A stretch of DNA of 64,000 nucleotides. Origin: an uncultured Verrucomicrobiae bacterium (lineage in GTDB: Bacteria > Verrucomicrobiota > Verrucomicrobiia > Chthoniobacterales > Chthoniobacteraceae). The notes beneath the pieces are model-generated. The model did not search any database and was not told where the DNA came from. It worked only from the letters and a program-made list of their open reading frames with translations. Below are positions 1-8,453 of this stretch, one piece after another. The position numbers were made by a program, and so were the translations under genes. The DNA lies in contig CAVWMS010000001.1 in the NCBI GenBank assembly GCA_963756185.1, positions 11,038-75,037 of the forward strand, given 5' to 3'. How positions within the stretch are numbered: position 1 is the first letter of the stretch; each line of letters starts with the position of its first letter.

Positions 1-425
1 TTGATGGTATCCTCGTCAAATTCGAGCGTCGCCTTTTCCCCGCCTTTCGAGACATCCACGGTGCTCTTGCCCATTTCATCCGACCATTTGATGCGCTCGA
101 CCTTCATTCCATCCACGGTGCTCGAGCCCACGGCCAGGAAAAGGGTCGGCTTGTCCTGGTCGCGCGACTTGATCGCCACATAATCCGTGTCCGCGATGCG
201 CGCAATGCCATCGACGTAAAGCTGCGCCGCGAAGCCCGGCGTCGGCGCCGCGGTGGTTGTGGTGGCCGTGGCCACCGCGAACGGCGATTTCTGGCTCATC
301 TGGCGGTAGCGCGCCTCCGGGAACGGCGTCGGCAGCGGTTGCGGGGAGTCCGCGCGCGCAGCCGCCGGCCCCATCACGCCGGCGCCCAGCGCCAGCAATC
401 CGGCCAATGGAAAACGACTCTTCAT
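1..425 (-). CDS. Partial (runs off window start) secreted hypothetical protein. Its N-terminus MKSRFPLAGLLALGAGVMGPAAARA is a signal peptide.
   Basis: I translated the minus strand from the ATG at 425..423 and found no stop codon down to position 1. It has a clear signal peptide. This ORF is absent from the six-frame track because it is open-ended. Confidence 0.5.
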   Translation of the reverse strand, partial: MKSRFPLAGLLALGAGVMGPAAARADSPQPLPTPFPEARYRQMSQKSPFAVATATTTTAAPTPGFAAQLYVDGIARIADTDYVAIKSRDQDKPTLFLAVGSSTVDGMKVERIKWSDEMGKSTVDVSKGGEKATLEFDEDTI

Positions 426-459
426 TGCGCGGAAATTTTAGCCCGATACCGGCCCACAT

Positions 460-711
460 TCAATGATACTTCACCCAGGAATCGCGGACGATGTGCCCGA
501 TCCTGCCGCCCTCGAAATCCACGCGAATCGCGACGCCGATCAGCTTCTCCCAGCACGGCATGTCCAGCTCCGTCAGCAGGTCGAACACCGCCTCCGGCGC
601 AAAGCGCGCGATCAGCAGCCGATCCTGCGAATGCCGGATGTAAAGGGCCGCCTCGGCCTTGCACTTTTCATTGTATCCCAATCGGGTGGCGATGATCGTC
701 GCGGTATCCAT
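460..711 (-). CDS. Small hypothetical protein (83 aa).
   Basis: ORF in the same orientation, immediately upstream of the secreted-protein gene. No recognisable motif. Confidence 0.3.
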   Translation of the reverse strand: MDTATIIATRLGYNEKCKAEAALYIRHSQDRLLIARFAPEAVFDLLTELDMPCWEKLIGVAIRVDFEGGRIGHIVRDSWVKYH

Positions 712-722
712 GGCCGCCCATG

Positions 723-1958
723 TTACTGCGGCGCCGCCAGCCGTCCCATGAATAAAAACGCGCCCGTTTTATCGTCGCGAATCACGAAGAGAAACGGGTG
801 ATCCGCGCGAAACTCCGGCGGCGGTCCCTCAGGCCGCGCCATGGCCATCGCCATCACCACGCCGGTTGCCGCCGCGGCCTCGGTGCCCTGCTCGTTCACG
901 TCGACGAAGGCCTTGTGAATCACGTTGGAGATTGACAAGTCCTTGTTGCCGGTCATGCCGGAAAAATCCGCGCTGCCGCCGAAGGCATCGGTCATTCCCA
1001 GCGCTTGCAGTTCCGGCCCGAGCTCGAATTCTTCGGTTAACTGAAACTTCGGAATGGTGACGACGACCCTTTGGCGGTCCATGCCCTCCAGCGCGCCGGG
1101 CAGCTTTGCGATTTCCTTTTCCATCGCCGCCAGCCCATCCACGGCCTTGGGCAGCACGATGATCATTGATAGATCGTTGCCCGCGTAAGGCAGTTCCAAT
1201 GCCTGGAAGTTCTGGTCTTCCGTGTAACCAAATTCATCCGTCTGATGCATCATCGGCATGTTCTTCTGCTGGGTCGCGGTCATGTGGAACGGCTCGTCAT
1301 GGGTCGCCTTCTTACTAAACTGCGACGCCCATGTGCCCTTGAAGTAAATGGCATTGGTCAGCACCATTCGCGTCATCGATGTAAGTACTCCGGGGCCGAT
1401 CAAATTCTTGATCTTATCATTAGTCTGCTTTTCCACCCAGGAGTTGATTTTGTCGCGCGCGCCCGCCGCGTCATTTTTGAAATCGACATTCTCAACTCCC
1501 GCGCCGTAATTCGTCTTCAAGGCGTCGAGGAAGGCGGGCAGGAAAGTGTAGCTCTGCTCCGCCCACAGCGCATTGGCTATCGATAACTGGTAGCCGCGCG
1601 GCTGGCCCTCCGAGTCATTCGGCGCATTGAGCGCCGCGAGAAAGCTGCCGAAGTCCGCGGACACCGTTTTGCTTCCCGCGGGCAGGTGGAGCACCGCGGC
1701 CATTTGCGAGGCGGTGTCGCCGCTCGCGCCGGCCCAGGTCATCGCCAGCGCGGTTTCGATGCTGGCCGGTGAGAAAAAGAGATTCCCCTGGTCCTGGGCG
1801 GCCAGCTTTCCGTACAGGTCCGCGGCGAATGCGTTATTTGCATTGCCGATCCAAGCCGGCGCGTCGTTTGCCGTGGCGGTCATCGGTATCGCTCCGCAGT
1901 AGATATATCCCAATACGACTAAACTTAGCTTCCAGCGATGCGAAAGTCTATTTTTCAT
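723..1958 (-). CDS. Serpin (serine protease inhibitor family) with an N-terminal signal/anchor.
   Basis: Contains the serpin motifs FSPASIETALAMTWAGA, NAIYFKGTW(A)SQF and C-terminal PFLFVIRDDKTGAFLFMGRL. Start placed at the internal Met (MKNRLSHRWKLSLVVLGYIY). Confidence 0.85.
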   Translation of the reverse strand: MKNRLSHRWKLSLVVLGYIYCGAIPMTATANDAPAWIGNANNAFAADLYGKLAAQDQGNLFFSPASIETALAMTWAGASGDTASQMAAVLHLPAGSKTVSADFGSFLAALNAPNDSEGQPRGYQLSIANALWAEQSYTFLPAFLDALKTNYGAGVENVDFKNDAAGARDKINSWVEKQTNDKIKNLIGPGVLTSMTRMVLTNAIYFKGTWASQFSKKATHDEPFHMTATQQKNMPMMHQTDEFGYTEDQNFQALELPYAGNDLSMIIVLPKAVDGLAAMEKEIAKLPGALEGMDRQRVVVTIPKFQLTEEFELGPELQALGMTDAFGGSADFSGMTGNKDLSISNVIHKAFVDVNEQGTEAAAATGVVMAMAMARPEGPPPEFRADHPFLFVIRDDKTGAFLFMGRLAAPQ

Positions 1959-2037
1959 ACGTAATTCTCCGATCTCCAATGCTTGACACGCGTGAAGTTA
2001 TATCCCACCCTCCTCGACTCGAATCAAGAGAATCACT

Positions 2038-2877
2038 ATGAAACTCACCGGACGTCTCATACTCGTGTCGATCATTTTCACGACGGCCGCGGCGGTCTGG
2101 GCCGCCAGCGACGACAACGATCCGCTTTTTCCAAACGGACCCGGCATTTCCGTCGGCGGCGAAGCCGGGCAGGGGAACATCGATTCCCAGCCGACGCAAA
2201 CCACGGTGTACACGACCAACACCGTCACCACCAGTGTCGCGGCTCCTGCGACGCCGACACCCAGGCCCACAGGCAGTCCCACGGGCAGCCCCACCGGCAG
2301 TCCCACAGGCAGCCCGAGTGGAGATCCGGATACGGTTCTGAAGGGCAAGGCGGTAAAGGCGGTAAAACACGCGCTGGTGCTCACCGGTCCCAAGGTCGAG
2401 GATCCCACGGTGACGAAGACCTTTAGGACCAAGCATTTCGTTTCGGTGGATCGTCTCCAGCACAATGCGGGCGGCGGCGCCATCGCGGCCGCTTATTTCT
2501 TCACGCGCAATGTGGGCGTCTCCCTGGAAGGGGACTTCCTCGGCGGCAGCCAATATAACACGAACCTCACCGGCAACGTCATTCTCCGGTATCCGTTTGA
2601 GTTCGGCGAAAAATCTGTCTCTTCGGGCTATTCGAAGGATGGCAAGGATGACGGCAAGACGGTCATGTCCGGGCCCACCTGGGGCATTGCTCCCTATGTC
2701 CTCTTCGGCGGTGGCGGCCAGTGGGATGGAAGGGCCGAGGGCATCGGCGACGTGGGCGGCGGCCTCGAGTTTAAGTTCCAGCCGCATTGGGGCGTCTTCG
2801 TCGAAGGCCGCTGGGTCGTCCACGACTCCCGCGAAAGTTACGCCGCTGAGTCGGCCGGTTTGATGCTCGATTTCTAG
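2038..2877 (+). CDS. Outer-membrane beta-barrel protein with signal peptide and a (PTGS)4 linker repeat.
   Basis: Signal peptide MKLTGRLILVSIIFTTAAAVWA. G/Y/F-rich strands and a C-terminal ...AGLMLDF with terminal Phe, typical of OMP beta-barrels. 12-nt tandem repeat at about 2270-2320. Confidence 0.65.
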   Translation: MKLTGRLILVSIIFTTAAAVWAASDDNDPLFPNGPGISVGGEAGQGNIDSQPTQTTVYTTNTVTTSVAAPATPTPRPTGSPTGSPTGSPTGSPSGDPDTVLKGKAVKAVKHALVLTGPKVEDPTVTKTFRTKHFVSVDRLQHNAGGGAIAAAYFFTRNVGVSLEGDFLGGSQYNTNLTGNVILRYPFEFGEKSVSSGYSKDGKDDGKTVMSGPTWGIAPYVLFGGGGQWDGRAEGIGDVGGGLEFKFQPHWGVFVEGRWVVHDSRESYAAESAGLMLDF

Positions 2878-2905
2878 AAAATCGGCGAACGAGCAGACCA
2901 CGCGC

Positions 2906-3655
2906 TCATGGATGGCCAGGGGCGAGAGCGCCTTGCTGGCGCCATGCGTCGAGCAATTGCTCGATATCGGCGATCACGAGGTCCGGCGCCGGGTAATCCC
3001 GGGGAAATTCCTCATTGCCATTCCTCACCCAGGCCGCGGCGCAGCCGCAGTTCTTCGCCCCGGCGATATCGCGCAGCGGATGGTCCCCCACCAGGAGCGC
3101 GCGGGCGGGCTCGATGCCGAAGAGATCGAAGGCGCGACGGAACGATTTTGGCGAAGGCTTGATGCAGCGGGTCTCGGACGACCAGACAATGTGCTCGAAA
3201 CAGCCAAGGATGCCCGCGTTCGCCAGGTTTCGCTCGAAGACCTCCTTGCGCGCCCAGATATTTGAAATGACTCCCAGCCGATGCGTGGCCGCCATGCGGC
3301 GAATGGCATCCGCATGGCGCAGCGAGATGGAGCCAACCTCATGGAGCGCAACCAATTCATCAATCAATCGAGCCTCTTCGGCATCGAGGAACCTGCCTTC
3401 CGGCAAGTCCCGGAGCGCCTCAGAAACCGATGGAAATGAATCGTACCAACCCGGATCGCGGCCCAACTCGCTCAATCGTCTCACAAGGCCGCTCATCATG
3501 CCGTGCAGGCGTTCGCTCGAAAGATGCGCGCCACCGAGCCCGCGGTAAGTCGCAAAATAATCTTCCATGGGACCAAACCGGTCATTCGCAAACATGAAGG
3601 TCCGTCCCTGATCAAGGAAGATGACATCATACCTGTCGATAAAGCGGTCTATCAT
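2906..3655 (-). CDS. HAD-superfamily hydrolase.
   Basis: Motif I-like VIFLDQG and motif IV LVGDHPLRDIAGA (GDxxxD), with HAD-like spacing. Confidence 0.7.
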   Translation of the reverse strand: MIDRFIDRYDVIFLDQGRTFMFANDRFGPMEDYFATYRGLGGAHLSSERLHGMMSGLVRRLSELGRDPGWYDSFPSVSEALRDLPEGRFLDAEEARLIDELVALHEVGSISLRHADAIRRMAATHRLGVISNIWARKEVFERNLANAGILGCFEHIVWSSETRCIKPSPKSFRRAFDLFGIEPARALLVGDHPLRDIAGAKNCGCAAAWVRNGNEEFPRDYPAPDLVIADIEQLLDAWRQQGALAPGHP

Positions 3656-3673
3656 ATTCTTGCAGCCGGCCTG

Positions 3674-4087
3674 TTATCCGGAGAAATCGAAATCCAGGGC
3701 ATTGAAAACAATCCAATAGAGAAGCAAAGGAAGGATCATTGCAATGGTGCCGGCCAGGAGAATAACCCAAAAAAAACGGCCAAAGAAGAGCGACCAGGGG
3801 ATGAGATAGACAAAGAGCAATGGAAGAAGGAACAGGAACTGAAAGAACCACCGGAAGGGCCACTTATAAGTGAATAAGTAATCCGCGATCGATGCGACCG
3901 GAGTCACCACCAGCAGGCAAAGCATGGCGACAAACATGGCATTGATCAGCCAACCTGCCGCGAGAGCGCTCTCCGGATGAGCGGCAGCCTGATCCAACTG
4001 GATCGCAAACCCATGGAGCGACCCGGTCCCCGTAAAAATCCCCACGCACGCACAAAGCGCAATAAAATGCCGGACCAGCCGTTTCAT
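3674..4087 (-). CDS. Hypothetical integral membrane protein.
   Basis: 3-4 hydrophobic helices (FIALCACVGIF..., LLFVYLIPWSLFF..., VILLAGTIAMILPLLLYWIV). Start taken at the internal MKRLV; the longer ORF extends to 4156. Confidence 0.45.
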   Translation of the reverse strand: MKRLVRHFIALCACVGIFTGTGSLHGFAIQLDQAAAHPESALAAGWLINAMFVAMLCLLVVTPVASIADYLFTYKWPFRWFFQFLFLLPLLFVYLIPWSLFFGRFFWVILLAGTIAMILPLLLYWIVFNALDFDFSG

Positions 4088-4118
4088 CTTTCCATCTCCC
4101 TGTAACGCGTTTTCACCG

Positions 4119-4523
4119 CTACGCGTAAAGCAGTGTTTTGAATCCTGCCTGCTCAAAATGACGGTCGGCAGTCAATGCCTCAGCCAGCCCTTCGCGGTCC
4201 ATCACGACAAAGGAAATGCAGTCAGTCAGTGACCATTCCTTGTCTGGACGTGAGATGTAGAAATTGCAGCCGCGTTCGAACAAATCCGAATCCGGCGCGA
4301 CGATTTTTGCGTCGGACTGGTTGCGCAAAGCCGTGAGCACAAGTTCGAAGTTCTTCCGGCCATGGCTTGCTGAGACCGCGTTTGCAAACTCCAACAGAAC
4401 CCACGCAGTTGTCACCAGGGGTATCTTCAACTGGGTGTTCAATTCCATGGCGGATCGGTGATACTGATCGCGTGGATTGACCAGCGCTAGGAAGAACGCC
4501 GTATCGGCAAAGACCGGCTTCAT
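4119..4523 (-). CDS. vapC: PIN-domain toxin (VapC-like).
   Basis: N-terminus MKPVFADTAFFLAL... with a conserved acidic residue pattern and size about 134 aa. Overlaps the upstream small antitoxin-like ORF by 4 nt. Confidence 0.7.
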   Translation of the reverse strand: MKPVFADTAFFLALVNPRDQYHRSAMELNTQLKIPLVTTAWVLLEFANAVSASHGRKNFELVLTALRNQSDAKIVAPDSDLFERGCNFYISRPDKEWSLTDCISFVVMDREGLAEALTADRHFEQAGFKTLLYA

Positions 4524-4741
4524 CCGCGCTTGGGCGTCCCGTATAGGTAGTGATCGTGATTGAGCGAGAGGTCAGGGGGTAGATCATCGGCAGTGCCGGC
4601 AATTTCAAGCAATGCGGCGCCCCATCCGGTCCGGGGCTTTTCCGGCGCGGCAGCTTCCAGTTCGGCCAGCTTCTGCTTCACCAGCCGTAGGTCGGCAGGA
4701 TTCAGCTTTGGCAGTTCGGCGATGATCTCTTGGGTGCTCAT
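4520..4741 (-). CDS. Putative antitoxin / addiction-module component, partner of VapC.
   Basis: About 74 aa, MSTQEIIAELPKLNPADLRLVKQKLAELE, resembling 'putative addiction module component' proteins. Translationally coupled to the PIN gene. Confidence 0.55.
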   Translation of the reverse strand: MSTQEIIAELPKLNPADLRLVKQKLAELEAAAPEKPRTGWGAALLEIAGTADDLPPDLSLNHDHYLYGTPKRG

Positions 4742-4834
4742 TGAGCTCTCTCCGCTGGAATCAATGTGCGGCAACCGCATCTTGCTGTCAATGAAGCCGA
4801 AACCGTGTCTTTCGAGGACACGGCTGTGACCCCA

Positions 4835-5047
4835 TTACTCTCCCAAGCTGTCTGCGCAGGGAGAAGGCTTCGCCCCGCTGATCACGAGTTCCATCTCCAC
4901 AAAGCGCCCGGCCTTCGCATCGGCCATGCCTTGCTTGAACTCCTCCGGAATCCAGGAATCGTCATGTTCGACGACATACTTGGTCACTACGGCCCGCTCC
5001 TCGGGGGGCAGAGCCTTGAATTGCTCAATGATTTCAGCGGCGCTCAT
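4835..5047 (-). CDS. Small addiction-module-component-like protein.
   Basis: MSAAEIIEQFKALPPEERAVV..., the same family flavour as the 4520..4741 ORF. Confidence 0.45.
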   Translation of the reverse strand: MSAAEIIEQFKALPPEERAVVTKYVVEHDDSWIPEEFKQGMADAKAGRFVEMELVISGAKPSPCADSLGE

Positions 5048-5070
5048 GCCGGAATAACGCGTTTTTGAGG

Positions 5071-5325
5071 CTACGCCACCTTCTTGGGGAAGGCGCAGTG
5101 TTCGTCGAGCCACTTAGCCGTCTCATCCAGGCTGAGAATCTTTCCGATTTCGCACCATGCCCGCAGGGTGCCGGGCGAAAAGTCGAGGTCATCATCCACC
5201 CACACGGGTACTCCGTGAATATCGACGGTTGCCTTGTCCGACCGGTCAAAAGGGCGAAGGGGATTAATTCGAGGAGTGCCGACAAGATTTATAGGGAGCT
5301 CGTGATTACAGCGGCAGAATGACAT
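5071..5325 (-). CDS. Small hypothetical protein (84 aa), possible partner of the 4835..5047 ORF.
   Basis: ORF only. The start overlaps the stop of a start-less upstream fragment at 5306..5520. Confidence 0.35.
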   Translation of the reverse strand: MSFCRCNHELPINLVGTPRINPLRPFDRSDKATVDIHGVPVWVDDDLDFSPGTLRAWCEIGKILSLDETAKWLDEHCAFPKKVA

Positions 5326-5706
5326 CTCGAGCGCCGCGCTTCTTGAGCTTGCGGCGCGCGGCCTGGAGGATCATTTCGCGGAAACGGCCCTCGGCCTCGA
5401 GCGTGGCGCCTTTATCGTGAAGGTCGACAATCTTTCCGGTGAGATCGCGGCCTAGGCGGAATTGGCCCAGCCATTTGCCCGCCTCTTCCTGGGCCTGCTT
5501 CCAACTCAGCTATCCATGGGCGGGTCCTCCGGGCGTAAAGATTGCACGCGAACGAAATAGCTGGGCCACCCAGAAGGTGCAAGGGATGAAGCAAAATGAA
5601 GCATCTTTTTGCGCATTACCGCGCAGTCATCATCCGCCGAAAACTTCTCAATCCTCGCGTTTCCCTGGGGAAAGCAGCCCATGAATGGTTGATAGTGTCG
5701 CCAGCG

Positions 5707-5733
5707 ATGCTGCCTCGCTAGGACTCGAACCTA
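5707..5733. repeat. attR-like partial copy of the tRNA-Gln 3' end (27-bp direct repeat).
   Basis: Identical to 8166..8192. The upstream sequence does not fold into a tRNA. Confidence 0.7.
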
Positions 5734-5885
5734 TCGGAGTTAGGAGGCCTGGAGCACTAGCGGGCGGCTACGGGACATTTTGCTCAGGGGTTGGGACTGG
5801 CCGAGGAGAATTGCATGCGCGATGGGTGCGCGGTAATGGGCAAAAATTTGCTCCATTTTGCTCCGCGGGTTGGAGCGCTTCCGGT

Positions 5886-7250
5886 TCAGAAGGAAAATTC
5901 GATCTGGGGATCTTCGCCATCGTGGGGAGGGAAGAGGGCGAACCATTCCTGGGCGAGTTTCTTCGTTACGGGCTCGCCGGTGACCGTGTGGACGTTTTTG
6001 TATTCGCCGAGGACTTCTTTTGCGCTGGTGTTGCAGTCACGGGCGACGGCGGCGGCGTCGCCGGTTTGGGCGAAACGGTACCCGATGAAGCTGGAGCGGA
6101 GAGCGTTTTTGCGCCAGGGCATTACGGTCCAACGGGAGAGGCTGGCGGTGAAGGTCGAGAGTTGATCCTTGCCGCCGGGAGCGACGTTGCCGCGAGCGCC
6201 GGAGTTGCGCAAGTCGGTCAGCCAGGCGGCGAGGACCTCGGGAATCGGCGCGAGATAGCGGCGGCTGATCTTGCTCTGTTTCTTGTCGACCTCGATGGTC
6301 GACTCGGTCCAATCGAAGGCCTGCCAGTCCAATCGAAGGATGGCGGCGGTGCGCATTCCCGTGAAGGCGCCGATGGCGAGCCAGGGGAGCCATTCGGGCG
6401 CGCGGCGGCGAGTGGCCTTGAGATATGCGAGGAGCTGCGCGGGCGAGTAGATGGGATTGCCGCCCGTGACGACTTTGATTTCCTCGATTCCCTCGGCCGA
6501 GGTGGGAAGGTTTGGCAGAAGCCGCTTCGCGCGGGCCCACCGAAAGAGCGTGACCAGGCTGTCGCGGACCTGCTGCCGGCGGCGCGGGCTGGATTTTACA
6601 AAGCGGAGATTCTTCGGGTCTTTCTTTTTCTTCCTTGGATCGATCCTGAGATTGCGTCCGAGCCCGGCGATATAGAGGTCGAGGTCGGCGGGCGAGATGT
6701 CGGAGAGTTCGCGATTGGCGAAATGGCCGGCGGCGCGGGTCAGATCGTCTTCCATCTGGGCGAGATAGGCGTCCGAGAGGCCCTTGAGCTGCTTGGCCGC
6801 GAGGAAATCCTTCACGGTGTCGGTGAAGGTTTTTCCATGGGTGATGAGAGCGCCGGACGCGATGGCGTAGCGGGTGTAGAAATCGGCAAGCTGGCCGAGG
6901 CTGGCGCCCTTGCACTTTTCCAGGGCGGCGGCGTATTCGCGGCAGGCAACGTCGACCTGGATGCCGAGGGGCTGGAGGGCCTGGCGCGCGGCGAGATAGG
7001 AGCGATGGTCGGAGCCCTCGAGTTCTTCGAGGCGCCCGCTGAGGATTTTGTTGGAGACTTCCTGGAGGCGCCTGCGAAGGGATTCGATGGTGGAGGCCGA
7101 GGCCTGCCGGCGGATGGTGCCGTCCATCCACCAGGTCCGGAGGCGGCCGCCGGCGACGCGGATGAGGGGAAAAGTGACGCGGCCGACGCGCAACTCGGAG
7201 CGTTCGGGCCTTGCGCGATCGAGGAGACGGAGCGGCTGGGGAGACTTCAT
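5886..7250 (-). CDS. int: Tyrosine-type site-specific recombinase / phage integrase.
   Basis: 454 aa. The C-terminal catalytic region has ...GMRTAAILRLDW... (Arg-I box), ...LRSSF... and a Tyr near the C-terminus (VLGEYKNV). Sits next to the tRNA-derived repeat. Confidence 0.75.
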   Translation of the reverse strand: MKSPQPLRLLDRARPERSELRVGRVTFPLIRVAGGRLRTWWMDGTIRRQASASTIESLRRRLQEVSNKILSGRLEELEGSDHRSYLAARQALQPLGIQVDVACREYAAALEKCKGASLGQLADFYTRYAIASGALITHGKTFTDTVKDFLAAKQLKGLSDAYLAQMEDDLTRAAGHFANRELSDISPADLDLYIAGLGRNLRIDPRKKKKDPKNLRFVKSSPRRRQQVRDSLVTLFRWARAKRLLPNLPTSAEGIEEIKVVTGGNPIYSPAQLLAYLKATRRRAPEWLPWLAIGAFTGMRTAAILRLDWQAFDWTESTIEVDKKQSKISRRYLAPIPEVLAAWLTDLRNSGARGNVAPGGKDQLSTFTASLSRWTVMPWRKNALRSSFIGYRFAQTGDAAAVARDCNTSAKEVLGEYKNVHTVTGEPVTKKLAQEWFALFPPHDGEDPQIEFSF

Positions 7251-7579
7251 CCGTGGGCGATGATGGCGCTGTTGATGGCGTCGACGAGGGCGGCGACGGC
7301 GTGCTTGTTGAAGCTGGTCCAGGCCGCGGTTTCGCCGGCGGAGGTGCGGACAATGGCGGTCCAGGAGGGCACGCGGATGAGCAATGCGGCGGCGAGAAGG
7401 AAGCAGGCAATGGCCACGAAGCGGGCAACGTCGCTGCCAAAGAGGCAGGCGGCGCCGATCGCCATGGCAAGGAGGCCGGCCCTGGCGCTGGGATTTTTTT
7501 TCCTGGCGAGCTCGACGGAGCCGATGGAGGCGATGGCGACGGTTTTGCGGCCGGCAACGAGACGGCAGTCGGTGACCAT
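7247..7579 (-). CDS. Small hydrophobic protein between the RHH gene and the integrase.
   Basis: Only the C-terminal part of ORF 7247..7966 looks like real membrane sequence (LLAMAIGAACLF..., FVAIACFLLAAALLI). Start placed at the internal MVTDCRL. Confidence 0.35.
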   Translation of the reverse strand: MVTDCRLVAGRKTVAIASIGSVELARKKNPSARAGLLAMAIGAACLFGSDVARFVAIACFLLAAALLIRVPSWTAIVRTSAGETAAWTSFNKHAVAALVDAINSAIIAHG

Positions 7580-7623
7580 GACGCCCGGGGCGCGGAAGAG
7601 GACGGTCTCGGAGAATTGCTGAT

Positions 7624-7944
7624 TCACGGCTTTCGTTTTCGAAGGGCTTCCCGAATTCGAGAGGGAGTGGCGCGCGGGGTCGGGCCGGGATCGGCAGAGG
7701 GTTCGTTGAGGCGCTGGGCCTCTTCGGAGAGGGGAGCAGTTAAGCGAGAAGGGGCCGCGATAACCGGTTTTTTTTCGCTGATCTTTTGGGCGACGATTTT
7801 GCGGAGTTCGCGGACGACCCATTTTGACCGGGAGCGGTCGTCCTGGGCGGCGAGCTGATCGATTTTGGCCAGCAATTCCCTGGAAAGGGAAATGGTCATG
7901 GTGGTCTGGGTTTCGGCCCTGCTGTGACTCTTCTCGTTTGCCAT
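7624..7944 (-). CDS. Ribbon-helix-helix (CopG/Arc-like) DNA-binding protein, candidate excisionase or regulator.
   Basis: MTISLSRELLAKIDQLAAQDDRSRSKWVVRELRKIV fits the beta-strand plus two-helix RHH pattern. Confidence 0.55.
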   Translation of the reverse strand: MANEKSHSRAETQTTMTISLSRELLAKIDQLAAQDDRSRSKWVVRELRKIVAQKISEKKPVIAAPSRLTAPLSEEAQRLNEPSADPGPTPRATPSRIREALRKRKP

Positions 7945-8168
7945 GGCAACGGGGAGGGTTCAACAAATTTTGTTGTTGGTCAATAATTATTGTTGACTGA
8001 CCGTAAGACGGCTGCTTACGGTGTGGTCATGGCAAATTCCTCTGTTCAAATTTGCGGCGCTCGAGGTGTTTGCGCTGAGGCTGGCTGGCGCGGCGCCGGA
8101 GGCGTAGCTGATTGCTCCAAATTGCTCCACGGAAGGGCGGAGCAGGTGCAAACCCTGATAAATACATG

Positions 8169-8240
8169 CTGCCTCGCTAGGACTCGAACCTAGACAAGCA
8201 GAGTCAGAATCTGCTGTGCTGCCAATTACACCACGAGGCA
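8169..8240 (-). tRNA. tRNA-Gln (anticodon CTG).
   Basis: Reverse complement is TGCCTCG-TG-GTGTAATTGGCAGCAC-A-GCAGATTCTGACTCTGC-TTGTC-TAGGTTCGAGTCCTA-CGAGGCA-G. It has a 7-bp acceptor stem (U1:A72), GTTCGAGTC T-loop and anticodon loop TTCTGAC. CCA is not encoded. Confidence 0.8.
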
Positions 8241-8453
8241 ATCGAGCCCGGGACGTTAAAACGAGGGGGGCGGGGCGTCCACTTCTTTTTGGATTTGGGA
8301 AACCGCTCCCCGGCAGCGGCTTGGGCGGCCGGGACGCGCGCCATCCTTCCCTCTCACCGGCCAGGACCGTGGTTGCGGTCAGGGAAAATCGTGCGGGCGC
8401 AACGGGGCAAATTTAGCATTCCTTTTTCGGTGGGAGTCTTGTGGGATGGAGGC

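Larger units (their letters stand above)
5707..8192 (-). mobile_element. Small integrative element (about 2.5 kb) inserted at the 3' end of tRNA-Gln. Carries a tyrosine integrase, an RHH (Xis/regulator-like) gene and a small membrane ORF.
   Basis: A 27-bp perfect direct repeat ATGCTGCCTCGCTAGGACTCGAACCTA occurs at 5707..5733 and again at 8166..8192. The second copy lies inside the intact tRNA. The integrase gene lies between the two copies. Confidence 0.6.

Noticed and set aside
1-183. Plus-strand 60-aa ORF at the window start.
   Set aside because: The minus-strand frame across the same region encodes a longer open reading frame with a clean signal peptide, and I preferred that.
5685-7622. 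645-aa plus-strand ORF and the 506-aa ORF at 6037..7557 (minus strand).
   Set aside because: Both are Gly/Ala/Arg/Pro-rich, low-complexity translations of the opposite or alternate frame of the integrase gene. They are typical high-GC antisense artefacts.
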